From a virus (lineage: Duplodnaviria > Caudoviricetes), in the IMG/VR virus record IMGVR_UViG_3300042363_000712, positions 1-45,390 of that record: a stretch of 45,390 nucleotides of DNA. One strand, 5' to 3'. Under the pieces are notes generated by a model that ran no database searches, was not told the DNA's origin, and saw only the letters and a program-made list of their open reading frames with translations. Shown here piece by piece: positions 26,056 through 36,510 of the stretch. Made by a program: the position numbers and the translations under genes. Position 1 is the first letter of the stretch; each line of letters opens with the position of its first letter.

Positions 26056-26988
26056 CTACATCCCCCCCCCACCGGCTCCTAGACGCATCGCCAATTGCAA
26101 TGCTGCTTCCCTTCGTGCATCTTCTGTGTCCAAAACTAGGGGAGTCGATGGTGCCATGCCACTTCCAGAGCCCATAACCTTGGGCGGGCGCTGTGCCGCA
26201 AACTGTTGACGCAGTTTTGTTTCGTAATCTTTTAGTTCATGGAATGCACGAGTAACGCTGGGGTCGCCACCGGTTGAGGCGTTGGCCATTGCCCTCCGCA
26301 CCACTTCTTCTTTGTCAAAGTTGCCGTATTTCTTTTCAATCTCGCCAAGTTCTTTATCGAGAATTGCGCGGCCCTGTTGGCGGGCAATTTCTTCTTGCTG
26401 CATCTGGAAAGTTTGTGTCTGTTGCTGTTCCAGCACCGTAAGGCGCTGTTGCTGTTGCTCAATTGCCTGAAGAAGTTTTGTTTCTCGCTCGCTTGTTACC
26501 GCTTCCTCGTCTAAGCTCCACAGGTCAGCTTCTGGCGTTGACTTGGGGGCGGCGGTTGCAGCGGGCGCAGCTTGCTGTGACCATCCGTAGGTTTCGCCCA
26601 GCCCGTCGTAAAAACGTCGAGGGTCTTGTATTAGCGCTTGCTGTATCTGTATGGCAAGTTGCATATCGCGTGCGGAAATACCGTTGTCAAGGTATTCGCG
26701 GAATGGCTGGGTTTCGTCGAGGACGCGGTTGTATTGGCGTCGCCACTCTTCCACCATGGGCTTCATTTCTTCGTGAAGCGGTTCGGGTACCAGCGATTCA
26801 ACATCGGACCATCTAATTGGGATGGTGTCTTCTTCGATTTGCTCTACTGGCTCTTCGATGCTTTCGATAGGCTCGTCGTTCGGGTCCGGGATGGCCGCGC
26901 CGGCGGCGTCGTTAACTTTACCCTCCCACCCTTCAATTCCGCTAAGGTCAACATCATTAATGCTAGGGGTATCGTTTTGGTTACTCAT
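26056..26988 (-). CDS. Capsid scaffolding protein
   Basis: Acidic N-terminus, coiled coil, located between portal and capsid genes. Confidence 0.7.
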   Translation of the reverse strand: MSNQNDTPSINDVDLSGIEGWEGKVNDAAGAAIPDPNDEPIESIEEPVEQIEEDTIPIRWSDVESLVPEPLHEEMKPMVEEWRRQYNRVLDETQPFREYLDNGISARDMQLAIQIQQALIQDPRRFYDGLGETYGWSQQAAPAATAAPKSTPEADLWSLDEEAVTSERETKLLQAIEQQQQRLTVLEQQQTQTFQMQQEEIARQQGRAILDKELGEIEKKYGNFDKEEVVRRAMANASTGGDPSVTRAFHELKDYETKLRQQFAAQRPPKVMGSGSGMAPSTPLVLDTEDARREAALQLAMRLGAGGGGM

Positions 26989-27094
26989 AATGCTTACTAT
27001 ACATTAAAAGTATTAGCAAATGTCTTAAATTGGGCGGGTTTTGACAAAAAGTAAAATAGATGGGCGCCCAAATGTAAGACATAGTCTCATTTTG

Positions 27095-27379
27095 TTACCA
27101 CTTAATTTTGTCGGCCCAGTAAGCGGCAGACGTTTTACCCTTAGCAATATTTTTGCCATGACGCGCTTTAAACGACGCGCGCTTCTTCTTCATGCGGTCA
27201 GACTCGCCCGCCTTCGGTTTCCCAGCGGTACTTGCGCCCTGCTCACCGAAACGAATGGTGCGGGGCTTACCGTCAACTTCAACAACTACAACATGCGATT
27301 TACTGGGATGATTTGGGGTTCGTTTCGGTTGGTTGTAACCAGAAACCCCGGCTCTTGCCAAAGAACCTTCACCGGACAT
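27095..27379 (-). CDS. Basic conserved phage protein
   Basis: GYNQPKRTPNHP.KSHVV...IRFGEQG...SFKARH...SAAYWADK.KW, a motif familiar from aquatic phages. Confidence 0.75.
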   Translation of the reverse strand: MSGEGSLARAGVSGYNQPKRTPNHPSKSHVVVVEVDGKPRTIRFGEQGASTAGKPKAGESDRMKKKRASFKARHGKNIAKGKTSAAYWADKIKW

Positions 27380-27393
27380 TACTGTTTTCCTTA

Positions 27394-29592
27394 CTAAATA
27401 GGTGGCATTGCGCCATCGGTCATGTTGGGGGCTTGCATTTCGGGCAAAATAGCGCCAGGGCCATCAGAACCCATAGCGGGCTGTATGTTACCCGAGTGTC
27501 CAGGCTCATAGGCGCCACCAGGCTGAGGCCCACCAGTAGGCATCATGCCCATCATTCGAGCCATACGACGCGCCTTGTGCTGTGCAACGTGATTCGCAAT
27601 CTCATTTTGAAGCTCTGGTGGCAACAACTTATACGAAGCCCCCTTCTGCATCAACTCGTGAATTTCAATGTGCACATCATCGTTGTCCCACTCGTTAATG
27701 GGGATAACAGAAGGACGGGGTACCGGTTCTCCCGTCATTGGGTTAACTTCAACCTGACCCATTTGAATCTCCATTTGGTACTGCATGTCAGCCTGCATAA
27801 TTATTTCAGGCTGAATGTTTTTAAACTCGACATTCTCCTGCTGGGCTGCACGCTTGTCAATACCGCGACGAGTTGTCCACTGCTGCAACATTGGCATATC
27901 CAGAAGCTCAAAGCCTTCCTGCGGTGTCATGTAACCAAACTTCATAAAGTCCATAACGTTTGCCATACGGGCAGACTTCGACGACGGCAAAGCCGAGCCA
28001 GCTTCTATTCGAAGGTCTGTCGCCCGAGCAATATCAGCACCCTTCAACAGCAGGGCTTCATAACCACCATCTTCACCCGTGGCTTTAACCAAACGGGGAA
28101 TGTCCCAATAGGTGGCAACAAGCACTAGCGCTTGCCGAGCAATTTCTTCGACCGCGTGCTCTACGGCAAACACTGTGGGCTGCAAGTAAGAATCGTCACG
28201 TTCCTGCAAGTACGCGATTGCGGTTGCGGCGCTAACACCCGCTGGTGTCTGCCCACGCGAAACTTCATGCTGACCCGAGATGTCTTCAAAGTTTGCTTGC
28301 TGACGGTCATTAAACTGCACCACATAAGCTGGCAAATCCTGCAACGGCACCGGCGACGGGCGCTGGGCGTTGGGGCGCACAGGAATCCACAAACCAGGTT
28401 CGGTCGTAATCTTCTGTGGGACAACAGAACCCTCGTCAAACAACATCTGCGGTTTGCTGGTCCTGTTTTTTGCTTCAATAATTTGTGACTGAGTACGGTT
28501 GTATTCAATCTGCAAAGGAATTAAGTCACTAATGACCGATTCTGAATAAAACCGTCCCGTAGGAATGTGCGAAAGTTTTGAAAACGGATAGTCGCCGTGG
28601 GGGTACGGCAAACCGCTAAGCCCCGCCTGAATAATGCGCTGGTTAACAATCGTCACAAACCCGCCTTGTGGCAAAAGCTTTGTCGCGCCTGGTTTAATCC
28701 ACGCCTCAATCAGCAAAGCGCTTTCGGGGCGAGCGTCCTGGTTGGGTGTAATACCCATTTTTTGTGGCGAAAGAATATCGTCAATGTCACCGTCGGCAGA
28801 AATCTTAACCCCAGGGGGCAACACGTCTTCATACATTTGCTGAACCCACTCAATGGGCTTGTTGTACACACAGAAAACGTATGGTTGCTCTTGGATTTCT
28901 TCTTCAATTAAATCGGGAATAAGAATGTTAAACGGGCTTAACGCGGCAAACTTTACGTCACCGTACACGCCAGAAACCTTGTCGAACGCTGTGTCGTCCC
29001 AATAGGCTTTAAGGAACGCGTTGCCGGTGATGCTAAGCCAGAAAATACCACTGCTTAACGTTTTGTGAAAGTGAAGCCTGTTGTACAGAGACTCCCACAC
29101 TTGCTCACCAGCTCGAGCGGCAAAAACATCGTCATCGTCGTTGCTGGCTGGCATTACGCTGGCGGACGGTTTGGAGGATGTTAGTTTAGAGATTTCAGTT
29201 CGCACAATAGGGCGAACCTTGTTGACTGTGATTCTGGGTGTGTACTTGTCTAGTTTGGGTAGCGGAACGAGGCGGTCTTCGCTGCGATTCCATTCAACAT
29301 ACTGTTTACCCATGTAAAAAGAAAGGTTTGTGTACCATTGGCGTTCATAAGTTCTGCGAGCAGACCTCATAGTGTTGTATTGGCGCATCACCCAGGCGAC
29401 AAGTCTTTGGCCGTCTTCACTAGCGGAGAACTGTTTTACGCGGTCGGGGGAAAGAACTTTAGGGTTGATGTCGCTTTCGCGAACCTGTGTTTCTTCCGCC
29501 ATCTCTTCTGGCGTCTGCCCGGAACCCTTAACGGGTTCCATTTCGTTCAATCCCAGACTAATTTCTTTATCTAATGACCGCTGTGATGGCAT
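27394..29592 (-). CDS. Portal protein
   Basis: FYMGKQY, NKVRPIV, LIPLQIEYNR, DISGQHEVSRG and SAATAI..LQE motifs; downstream of TerL. Confidence 0.85.
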   Translation of the reverse strand: MPSQRSLDKEISLGLNEMEPVKGSGQTPEEMAEETQVRESDINPKVLSPDRVKQFSASEDGQRLVAWVMRQYNTMRSARRTYERQWYTNLSFYMGKQYVEWNRSEDRLVPLPKLDKYTPRITVNKVRPIVRTEISKLTSSKPSASVMPASNDDDDVFAARAGEQVWESLYNRLHFHKTLSSGIFWLSITGNAFLKAYWDDTAFDKVSGVYGDVKFAALSPFNILIPDLIEEEIQEQPYVFCVYNKPIEWVQQMYEDVLPPGVKISADGDIDDILSPQKMGITPNQDARPESALLIEAWIKPGATKLLPQGGFVTIVNQRIIQAGLSGLPYPHGDYPFSKLSHIPTGRFYSESVISDLIPLQIEYNRTQSQIIEAKNRTSKPQMLFDEGSVVPQKITTEPGLWIPVRPNAQRPSPVPLQDLPAYVVQFNDRQQANFEDISGQHEVSRGQTPAGVSAATAIAYLQERDDSYLQPTVFAVEHAVEEIARQALVLVATYWDIPRLVKATGEDGGYEALLLKGADIARATDLRIEAGSALPSSKSARMANVMDFMKFGYMTPQEGFELLDMPMLQQWTTRRGIDKRAAQQENVEFKNIQPEIIMQADMQYQMEIQMGQVEVNPMTGEPVPRPSVIPINEWDNDDVHIEIHELMQKGASYKLLPPELQNEIANHVAQHKARRMARMMGMMPTGGPQPGGAYEPGHSGNIQPAMGSDGPGAILPEMQAPNMTDGAMPPI

Positions 29593-29932
29593 CTAGGTCT
29601 TCCTTATCAATTTCTGTTTCGTCTGAGAACTCCCCAGCAAGTCGTGCTTCTTCCGCCGCTAAAGCATCGCCGGTGTAATAGCTGGTTGCATTACCGTAAG
29701 AATCGTTTTGAGTCTCACGTTGTTTTGCATAGCTTAATTCACTATAAGCCAAAGCGTCCCTACTTGCTAGTAGCCTTACCGTTTCTTCGAGATGTGACGA
29801 TAGGTACGATGTCATCTCCGTCACCGTTTTCGTCTCTCTCTTCAACAACCACATCATCATCCCTATCAGGGAAAACGTCACCAACGCTGACAAGATTATT
29901 GATAGTGTCAATAGAAAGTTGTTTGAGTCCAT
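29567..29932 (-). CDS. Membrane-anchored hypothetical protein
   Basis: N-terminal transmembrane segment LLTLSIILSALVTFSLIGMMMWLL; fills the gap to the portal gene. Confidence 0.55.
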   Translation of the reverse strand: MDSNNFLLTLSIILSALVTFSLIGMMMWLLKRETKTVTEMTSYLSSHLEETVRLLASRDALAYSELSYAKQRETQNDSYGNATSYYTGDALAAEEARLAGEFSDETEIDKEDLDAITAVIR

Positions 29933-30245
29933 TGAGCATTCCTTCGACTGCTTCGGGGATTCGACTAATTGCCGATTCCAGATTTTCGATTTTTTTGTTT
30001 GCTTCAATAAGTTCCGTTTTAAGTTTGTTTAATTCTTCATTCATTTCGGAACGTGGGACATAGTTAAACTGTTCCGCTAACCATTTCATTCCTATATCGG
30101 AAACGTATAGGTGACCGTAGTTGGGTAAATCCTGCCCCAAATCTAATGCTGGCAACTGGTTGTTGCTGTTGGGGTTGTTTGTAATAATGCATCTCTGTGG
30201 GTATTTCTCCATCACATCTATGAATTTTGCCCTGCCGCTAACCAT
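29760..30245 (-). CDS. Hypothetical coiled-coil protein
   Basis: AAGGAG RBS; coiled-coil segment. Confidence 0.7.
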   Translation of the reverse strand: MVSGRAKFIDVMEKYPQRCIITNNPNSNNQLPALDLGQDLPNYGHLYVSDIGMKWLAEQFNYVPRSEMNEELNKLKTELIEANKKIENLESAISRIPEAVEGMLNGLKQLSIDTINNLVSVGDVFPDRDDDVVVEERDENGDGDDIVPIVTSRRNGKATSK

Positions 30246-30288
30246 AAGTACTCCTTAAATGTTATGAGTATAATGATACACCAAAATG

Positions 30289-31878
30289 CTACTCTACTCC
30301 CGTAAAATCCGCTGAAGACGTGCCAGCAGAAATTTTAGTCCAAGGGCTCATAGCTCGAGTGTTGCGTCTTTCAAGTTCTGTGCGCCACGAATACGCCACG
30401 TCAAGCAACCCCTCCGCATACTCTGTTTTGTCCTCGCTTACACCCTCATAATCTTCAGGTTTCAAATCAGGCATAAACGTCATCAGATAGCGCAAAGCGT
30501 CAGTAGTGTGGTCGTCTTTTTCTCGCTGCCCCTCCGGCTGATTTTTCATGGCAGCAATTTTTTTGTTTACAAACCTGTTTTGTTTAGCGCCTTTAAGTTC
30601 TCTAATTGTGTTGTGGCATTCACGAAGAATAGTTAGGAAAGGCTTACCTGTCTTAGGGTTCATTTTCAGGTACTGCATAATCTTGTTAATGCCCACCTCT
30701 TTTTGGCGAGGTATCCCGTCAACGTTAATGTAAATACCGTGTTTGGCGTATTCGCTAATAATGCTTTCGCCTGTAATACCGCTGCGCTGTTTCATGGCCG
30801 GGTCGCCCGTGACCATATAGGGGGTGCAGTTTAATTCAGCGTTTATCTGATTTATTGCTGTTGCGTGGTCCGCAACGGTTGCGTTCGCTTGGTAATACTC
30901 GCGAATAACAGTTAGGCCGCCTTTAATGTCTGCGGCAATCCACAACCACGCTGTCGGGTTGTTAATCCCGTGGTCGCCCGTCAAGTACACGCGCATACGG
31001 TTGGGGTCAAACTCGTATTCTTCTAAAACTTGATTTGCGTGGGTAATCTCTTTAAAGTCTTTGTACAAAGCGCCAGAGATTGCCAAATATTCTCCACCAA
31101 AACGAACCGCTTTGTTTTCTTGGTCCATGTTGCCAAAAATGCGGTCCAACGCTTCTTTCTGCAAATACGGGTTTTCGTCTGTACGCATTTGTATTAAACC
31201 AATGCGGGGGATGCGCCCGTTTTCTAAATCCTCAAAATAAGGCTGGTACAGGTCGTCATAAATCCATTCCATACCAGCAACAGGTGTTTCACTAATCCAC
31301 CAAAAACCATCTGTGTCCAACAACCTCATCTGACACTCATCAAAAATAACTTTCGGGCACTCCTCATCGAAGTGAACAAAATGGCGTGACGTCCCAGCAA
31401 ACTTATCCAAGTCCTGGTCTTGCGACATGAACTCAACAAAAGACCCATCCCTTAACGTCAGCGTGTGCTGTTGCGCCGAGTAACTGCGGTCCCACGAGCT
31501 TTCAACAAGAAACTCTTTAGGCATGTACTGTTTGTACAACGGTAAAATGATTTTGTCCACACCGTTTAAAAAGTCAACACAAACAACACGCCCACGAACC
31601 TGCCCCGTTAAGTTCGGCCGGTATGGATGCGTTTTTGTCAAATACCAGATAGCTTCAACAACCGAAGCAACAGATTTACCCGACCGGTTACCCGCAACAA
31701 ACAATCGTTCTTTGTTTTGTAACTTATGAAACTCTTCCTGTTTGGGGTGCGGTTTATACGCGTACACGTTAGGTTGCCGCGCCTGCTGCAACAACGTTTC
31801 TTCAAGCTGTTGCACAATATCAAGCATGTCAATGGGCTCAGCTTTTGCCGTACTTGCCCGGGGCGCCCTATGTGACAT
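30289..31878 (-). CDS. terL: Terminase large subunit
   Basis: PHPKQ..FH, Walker A AGNRSGKS, Walker B VHFDEE, GDHGINNPTA and DDHTTDALRY. Confidence 0.93.
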   Translation of the reverse strand: MSHRAPRASTAKAEPIDMLDIVQQLEETLLQQARQPNVYAYKPHPKQEEFHKLQNKERLFVAGNRSGKSVASVVEAIWYLTKTHPYRPNLTGQVRGRVVCVDFLNGVDKIILPLYKQYMPKEFLVESSWDRSYSAQQHTLTLRDGSFVEFMSQDQDLDKFAGTSRHFVHFDEECPKVIFDECQMRLLDTDGFWWISETPVAGMEWIYDDLYQPYFEDLENGRIPRIGLIQMRTDENPYLQKEALDRIFGNMDQENKAVRFGGEYLAISGALYKDFKEITHANQVLEEYEFDPNRMRVYLTGDHGINNPTAWLWIAADIKGGLTVIREYYQANATVADHATAINQINAELNCTPYMVTGDPAMKQRSGITGESIISEYAKHGIYINVDGIPRQKEVGINKIMQYLKMNPKTGKPFLTILRECHNTIRELKGAKQNRFVNKKIAAMKNQPEGQREKDDHTTDALRYLMTFMPDLKPEDYEGVSEDKTEYAEGLLDVAYSWRTELERRNTRAMSPWTKISAGTSSADFTGVE

Positions 31879-32437
31879 CTGGTAAATCCACTTTCGCAAA
31901 CGCTGAAATTCGGTCTATTTGTTCTTCACCGAAACTATCTATTGGATTACCAATATACCGCGCCCCCATTGCGGCAAGAAACATGGCATCGGCCGCGTTG
32001 TCATCTATAACCAACTTTTCGCCAAACATTACTATTGCCGAGGCGACCACCATGTCCTTTTTAGCGTTCCCTTTACCCGTAGCGTATTTAGCCCTAGACG
32101 TTGGGGGCACAATCATTACATGTTTCTGACCCGTGTGTGATTGTGTCAAATATATTTGATGACGTATCAGCCACCACAAACCAGCCAGCATGTGAGAGTT
32201 TTTGCCACCGCTGCTAAACGCCGCCCCCTCCATAACAACAAGGTCGCCATCCCCCAACATGCTAAGGATGTCACGGACCTCCGACACGATATAATTAAGG
32301 CGTGAGTGTTCTGTTAGTTTGTTAGACAGAACATCAACTGTTAGCCACTCATAAACTTGCGGTGCGCTAACCTCTAATAAAGCTAACCCTGTTCCCCGTA
32401 GGGACGGGTCAATACCCAATATTTTCACCATAAACAC
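31868..32437 (-). CDS. ruvC: RuvC-like Holliday junction resolvase
   Basis: ILGIDPSLRGTG, VVMEG, KYATGKGNA.K and DDNAADA. Confidence 0.9.
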   Translation of the reverse strand: MFMVKILGIDPSLRGTGLALLEVSAPQVYEWLTVDVLSNKLTEHSRLNYIVSEVRDILSMLGDGDLVVMEGAAFSSGGKNSHMLAGLWWLIRHQIYLTQSHTGQKHVMIVPPTSRAKYATGKGNAKKDMVVASAIVMFGEKLVIDDNAADAMFLAAMGARYIGNPIDSFGEEQIDRISAFAKVDLPDVT

Positions 32438-32460
32438 ATCATTACATAGACGGGCAAAAA

Positions 32461-33219
32461 ATGGTTAACCCCACGGAACAACCGGATAATACTCAAAAGA
32501 AAAAACTTGAACAAGTTGAGTTGTTTCGGCAAGGTATTGCGGGCAACACACCCGAGAAGCCGCCCGCGTCACGTTACATTAATTGGTTTCATTCGCAAGC
32601 GCCCTATCGTGCGCCCACAGATTTGCACCACCAGTTGGGTAAGAACTCGTGGGATGCTGCCCCTGGCAACCACACCCACGAGTTAGATGAGTTATCGGAT
32701 GTGGCAATAACGACGCCCACATCGGGGCAGGTGTTGCAGTTGTCTGGTGGACAGTGGGTTAACTCGAGCATTGCCGGCTTTACTCCTACGTATCGTGGTC
32801 AGTTGTCGCGCACTACATCCGGCACTGTCACTGGTTTAACTTTAAATACTTATAAAACAACGGGGTTGACGGGGACGCTTGACACAGCAACAACAACCGG
32901 CATGGTATTGGGGACCACTGACACGCTCGCTTTAAAGAATTCTTCAGGAAGTACACGCATTTTTCGTGTGTACGCTTCTGCTGACGCAAAAGCGGGAAAC
33001 AACGAAGTTTTGGGTATCAGACTTGCCGTTAACGGTGTGACAATTGCTGCTAGCGAGTGTCGTGCTTTTGAAGGGTCTGCCCACCAGTTTGCAAAACTTG
33101 TTACTAATTGGATGGTGTCTCTTAACAACGGTGACGAAATAGCTTTGTTTATTGCTAACCACAGCAGCACTACAAACATTGTGATAGACCGTTGTCGAAT
33201 AGTTGCTCTTAGCGTTTAA
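32461..33219 (+). CDS. Isolated putative virion fibre or decoration protein
   Basis: HHQLG...DAAPGNHTH, LDELSDVAI.TP.SGQVL....GQWVN fibre repeat, beta-sandwich-like C-terminus (VSLNNGDEIALF). Confidence 0.6.
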   Translation: MVNPTEQPDNTQKKKLEQVELFRQGIAGNTPEKPPASRYINWFHSQAPYRAPTDLHHQLGKNSWDAAPGNHTHELDELSDVAITTPTSGQVLQLSGGQWVNSSIAGFTPTYRGQLSRTTSGTVTGLTLNTYKTTGLTGTLDTATTTGMVLGTTDTLALKNSSGSTRIFRVYASADAKAGNNEVLGIRLAVNGVTIAASECRAFEGSAHQFAKLVTNWMVSLNNGDEIALFIANHSSTTNIVIDRCRIVALSV

Positions 33220-33923
33220 ATGTCAGCACCATGACGTCGCGCCTCTTCACGCCGCAACGCATCTTCCTCGTACACAATTTTGTCGTCAGCCTTAGTAAAC
33301 GGGTCGTGGTCAAGATAGCTTCCTTCCGGCAAGAAAGGGACTGAAGCGTTTACTGTACCGTCGCCGTTAGTTGGGCGGGGGCCATAATGCGGGTCGTTTT
33401 TGGCATGCCATTGGTTGTGGCACCAGTCACAAATTCGATGCAAGTTTGTGACAAGCACATTATTTAACGTGTTCTTGTCTGGGCCGTGATGCCTGTCTGA
33501 TGCTGGCCTCCCCGGGCAGCCAATAATGGGTGTTATACCACCGCCAGCTTTTTCCAACCAAGCCCATTCACACACCATCCCAGCAGGTATGGGTGCTGTT
33601 TTTGCTGCAATTTTACGGCCAGATGATAAGGGGTCCTTATAATCGTTAGGTGATTTTGTTCCCTGGAAATCGTCAATGTAAGTTTCAAAATCGTCGCCGT
33701 CGTTCTCGCCGTCAAGATAGCTTCCATCCGTTGTAAGGAGTCCCCCCAGTTGCTTTTTTTTAATCATGAACTCGTAACGCTCAAAATTTCCACCACAACA
33801 ACACGCAATCCACTCAAAATTGCTTTCGCCAAAATTAAGCCAAAAATTAATACATTCATCATGATGGCCTAAACGGCAACTTAAACACACGTCATCCAAA
33901 TCGGCAACGCTAGTCTGTTTCAT
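33216..33923 (-). CDS. Cys-rich HNH-like nuclease
   Basis: DRHHGPDKNTLNN...NLHRICDWCHNQWH; N-terminal CLSC...H.EC; ATG at 33923 overlaps the primase 3' end. Confidence 0.6.
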   Translation of the reverse strand: MKQTSVADLDDVCLSCRLGHHDECINFWLNFGESNFEWIACCCGGNFERYEFMIKKKQLGGLLTTDGSYLDGENDGDDFETYIDDFQGTKSPNDYKDPLSSGRKIAAKTAPIPAGMVCEWAWLEKAGGGITPIIGCPGRPASDRHHGPDKNTLNNVLVTNLHRICDWCHNQWHAKNDPHYGPRPTNGDGTVNASVPFLPEGSYLDHDPFTKADDKIVYEEDALRREEARRHGADI

Positions 33924-36432
33924 ACAAACCCATCCCAGTAATATTTTGGCCCTTTTTGTTTTTATCCCGCACAATAGGCAACCTATGCGTAAGCTCCCTA
34001 ATTAACTGCGTTCGAGAAAACGGTTGCTCCGATTCTTTAAGACACCAAGCCTTATAGTTATTAAACAACTCCCCAGAAGAAACACCCATATACGGGTTAA
34101 TCATTACACGTTCTTCAATGAACTGCGCAATATGGTCTTCTTCGAGCTGATACTCCTTTGTCGCAATCATTACACTTTCTGGCTCTGCCAACTTGTTATT
34201 ACTTAACACACGCTGCGCACCTTCAACCATCCACTGTAAAATACCAGGACCCTCAGCTTTAACAAGCTTTTGAGACAACTCTTTATCCTGTTTTTCTGGT
34301 GGGATTGTTACACCGAAATTGATTTTACGCACACGACGCCAAAACCCTTCACCACCAGCAGACACTTTAGGCAAATGATTCATAGCCAAAACTAACGTAT
34401 GAGTTGGTTTGAAATCAAAAAAGTTTTTACCAATCAACCGTGCAGAAATAGTATCTCCACCAGTTAACATTTTAACTCGCGATTCGTTGAACCGACCATC
34501 TGGGCGCGTCTCTGACCCAATAGCTAAACGGGCTCCACGCAAACGCGCAATTTCGGTCGAATGTTCTTGATGACCTTTTTCTAACAAAAAGTTTTCTGGC
34601 ATTTGCGCAACATAATCACCTAACAAACCCGACGCAACTTCTAAAATTGTTGATTTACCATTAGCGCCAGTACCCACAAACAACGGCAAAATATGATGCA
34701 AAGACTCACCAATTAAAGCCAAACCAAAAATTTCTTGCACATACTCAATACGTTCTTTATCAACAATAATTGTTTCCAAAAACTCATCCCACATGGGCGT
34801 ATCAGTTTTCTTAGGCGCAACATTAGTTTGTTTAGTATGCCTATCTTTAAACGGGTCGGCTGCCCGCAAAGACCCATCCTCTAAATTAATAATTCCATTA
34901 GGCGTACACAACTCTCGAGAAACAGAGTCCAGCTCTCGAGCAGCACACACTAGCTCCGGTTCAGACTGTGCCAAATCAATAGCAGCTTTAATTGGCCCAG
35001 CACCCAAAGAACGTTTAGCCCACCGTAAAACATGCTCAGAAGGATTATCCGCAGCAAACTTATAACACACATCAATAGCCGCTTGCACAATACGTTTGCG
35101 CTCATCAATTACATATCGGTTACCGTCCCACACATGCCACCCCACATTGGGCACAAAAATAAATTCACCTAAAATACTTGCAGCTAACCTTGTTGCATTA
35201 GCAGAATCCGTGAAAGCAAACGACTCTTGCTGAAACGAAACCTCCTGTAACACTGTAGATTCCTTTGTTGAACTACCCAACGAAGGGTGCAACGTTATTA
35301 GATTGTCGCTGGAAATATTTCCTTCGTTGGGCGATTCTTTTGGGAGGTTCGACACAGCGCGTAACTCTCCCAAACGGTGAGTGTGATAACCAACTGCTTG
35401 CGCCAATTTGCTTTCGTCAAACGTCGAGACGAGGACCTTGCCCCAGACAAACGCGGACTCAACCTCTCGTGATGTAAGAACACGAGGGTTTTCGCCATGT
35501 TCGATAATAGACGTAAACTTATCGCGTAACAATAAAACAAGTTGTTCATAAGTTTCCTCCGTAATGCAACCATTTCTGGCTGCTGCTTCAATTTTTACAG
35601 CCTTACCTACCATCCAAGGATGGCGAGCCCTAGGGCTTGACTTCGTAATTTCATCAACCAAAGTAGACGACCACGTACAATCGTGCTCTGCTGGTTGCCA
35701 CTCGTCTGGTGGCGACACAATAATAAACTCGTCAACTAAACTATCGTCCTGTGTGAAACCATAACTAGTTAACACGTCTTCAATAACTTCTAACGACAGA
35801 GGCGAACACCCGTCAATGAAAGCGATTTTAGTTAACACTGGGCTATCTGGCACTTTATAGTTTTTAGTACCAGGCGCACGCAACACCCTTGGTAAATCAT
35901 ATACGGGGTCAACATAACCTCCATAAATACTAGCTACACGCTGCACAAGCATGCCCCAACGTTTTAGCATGCCGGTCATATACGGCCGGTTATTATCTGT
36001 CACATTAGCCTCATCAACAATCCAATACGGTTGAAGACCATAACCAGACATAACAACAGCAACAGGATTTGAATTCAACATGCCTGACAACATGTCAATA
36101 ACACGCATTGCCGAATCAATATCTTTTAAACCAGAATCTTTGAAATCTAAATCTGCCCACAAAGCTTTAACACGAGAAACCTGCGAAGCATTACCCCGAC
36201 CCGCAGTAGTCGGAGCCAACGCCTTAACCTCATTAATCATCACATACACATTATTTTGCTGAGCATCTAACGAAGCAGCAAACGTATCCGCAAACAACAA
36301 CTTAACGTGGCGAGTGTTCCATACTCCGTTACCGTTGAAATAAGAAATAGCAACAGATTCATTAACATCATGACCCAAATGCTCGTGCAAATCTTTAATA
36401 GGCGTTTTACTGTTTGACCAATTTAATGACAT
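33910..36432 (-). CDS. Primase-helicase (RepB'-like primase fused to D5/P4-family SF3 helicase)
   Basis: ALWADLD, SGYGLQPYW and DLPRVLRAPGT.NYK primase motifs; TDSANA, GTGANGKST, LTGGDTISAR and GFWRR helicase motifs. Confidence 0.9.
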   Translation of the reverse strand: MSLNWSNSKTPIKDLHEHLGHDVNESVAISYFNGNGVWNTRHVKLLFADTFAASLDAQQNNVYVMINEVKALAPTTAGRGNASQVSRVKALWADLDFKDSGLKDIDSAMRVIDMLSGMLNSNPVAVVMSGYGLQPYWIVDEANVTDNNRPYMTGMLKRWGMLVQRVASIYGGYVDPVYDLPRVLRAPGTKNYKVPDSPVLTKIAFIDGCSPLSLEVIEDVLTSYGFTQDDSLVDEFIIVSPPDEWQPAEHDCTWSSTLVDEITKSSPRARHPWMVGKAVKIEAAARNGCITEETYEQLVLLLRDKFTSIIEHGENPRVLTSREVESAFVWGKVLVSTFDESKLAQAVGYHTHRLGELRAVSNLPKESPNEGNISSDNLITLHPSLGSSTKESTVLQEVSFQQESFAFTDSANATRLAASILGEFIFVPNVGWHVWDGNRYVIDERKRIVQAAIDVCYKFAADNPSEHVLRWAKRSLGAGPIKAAIDLAQSEPELVCAARELDSVSRELCTPNGIINLEDGSLRAADPFKDRHTKQTNVAPKKTDTPMWDEFLETIIVDKERIEYVQEIFGLALIGESLHHILPLFVGTGANGKSTILEVASGLLGDYVAQMPENFLLEKGHQEHSTEIARLRGARLAIGSETRPDGRFNESRVKMLTGGDTISARLIGKNFFDFKPTHTLVLAMNHLPKVSAGGEGFWRRVRKINFGVTIPPEKQDKELSQKLVKAEGPGILQWMVEGAQRVLSNNKLAEPESVMIATKEYQLEEDHIAQFIEERVMINPYMGVSSGELFNNYKAWCLKESEQPFSRTQLIRELTHRLPIVRDKNKKGQNITGMGLYETD

Positions 36433-36448
36433 AACAATCTCCTAATGC

Positions 36449-36497
36449 AAACTGGCATCCGTTGGTAAAGCATGTTTATACCCACGGATGCCAGTTT
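36449..36497. promoter_or_regulatory. Long hairpin immediately upstream of the primase RBS
   Basis: Perfect 14-bp arms aaactggcatccgt / acggatgccagttt. Confidence 0.65.
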
Positions 36498-36510
36498 AGC
36501 CGTTAAGGAT

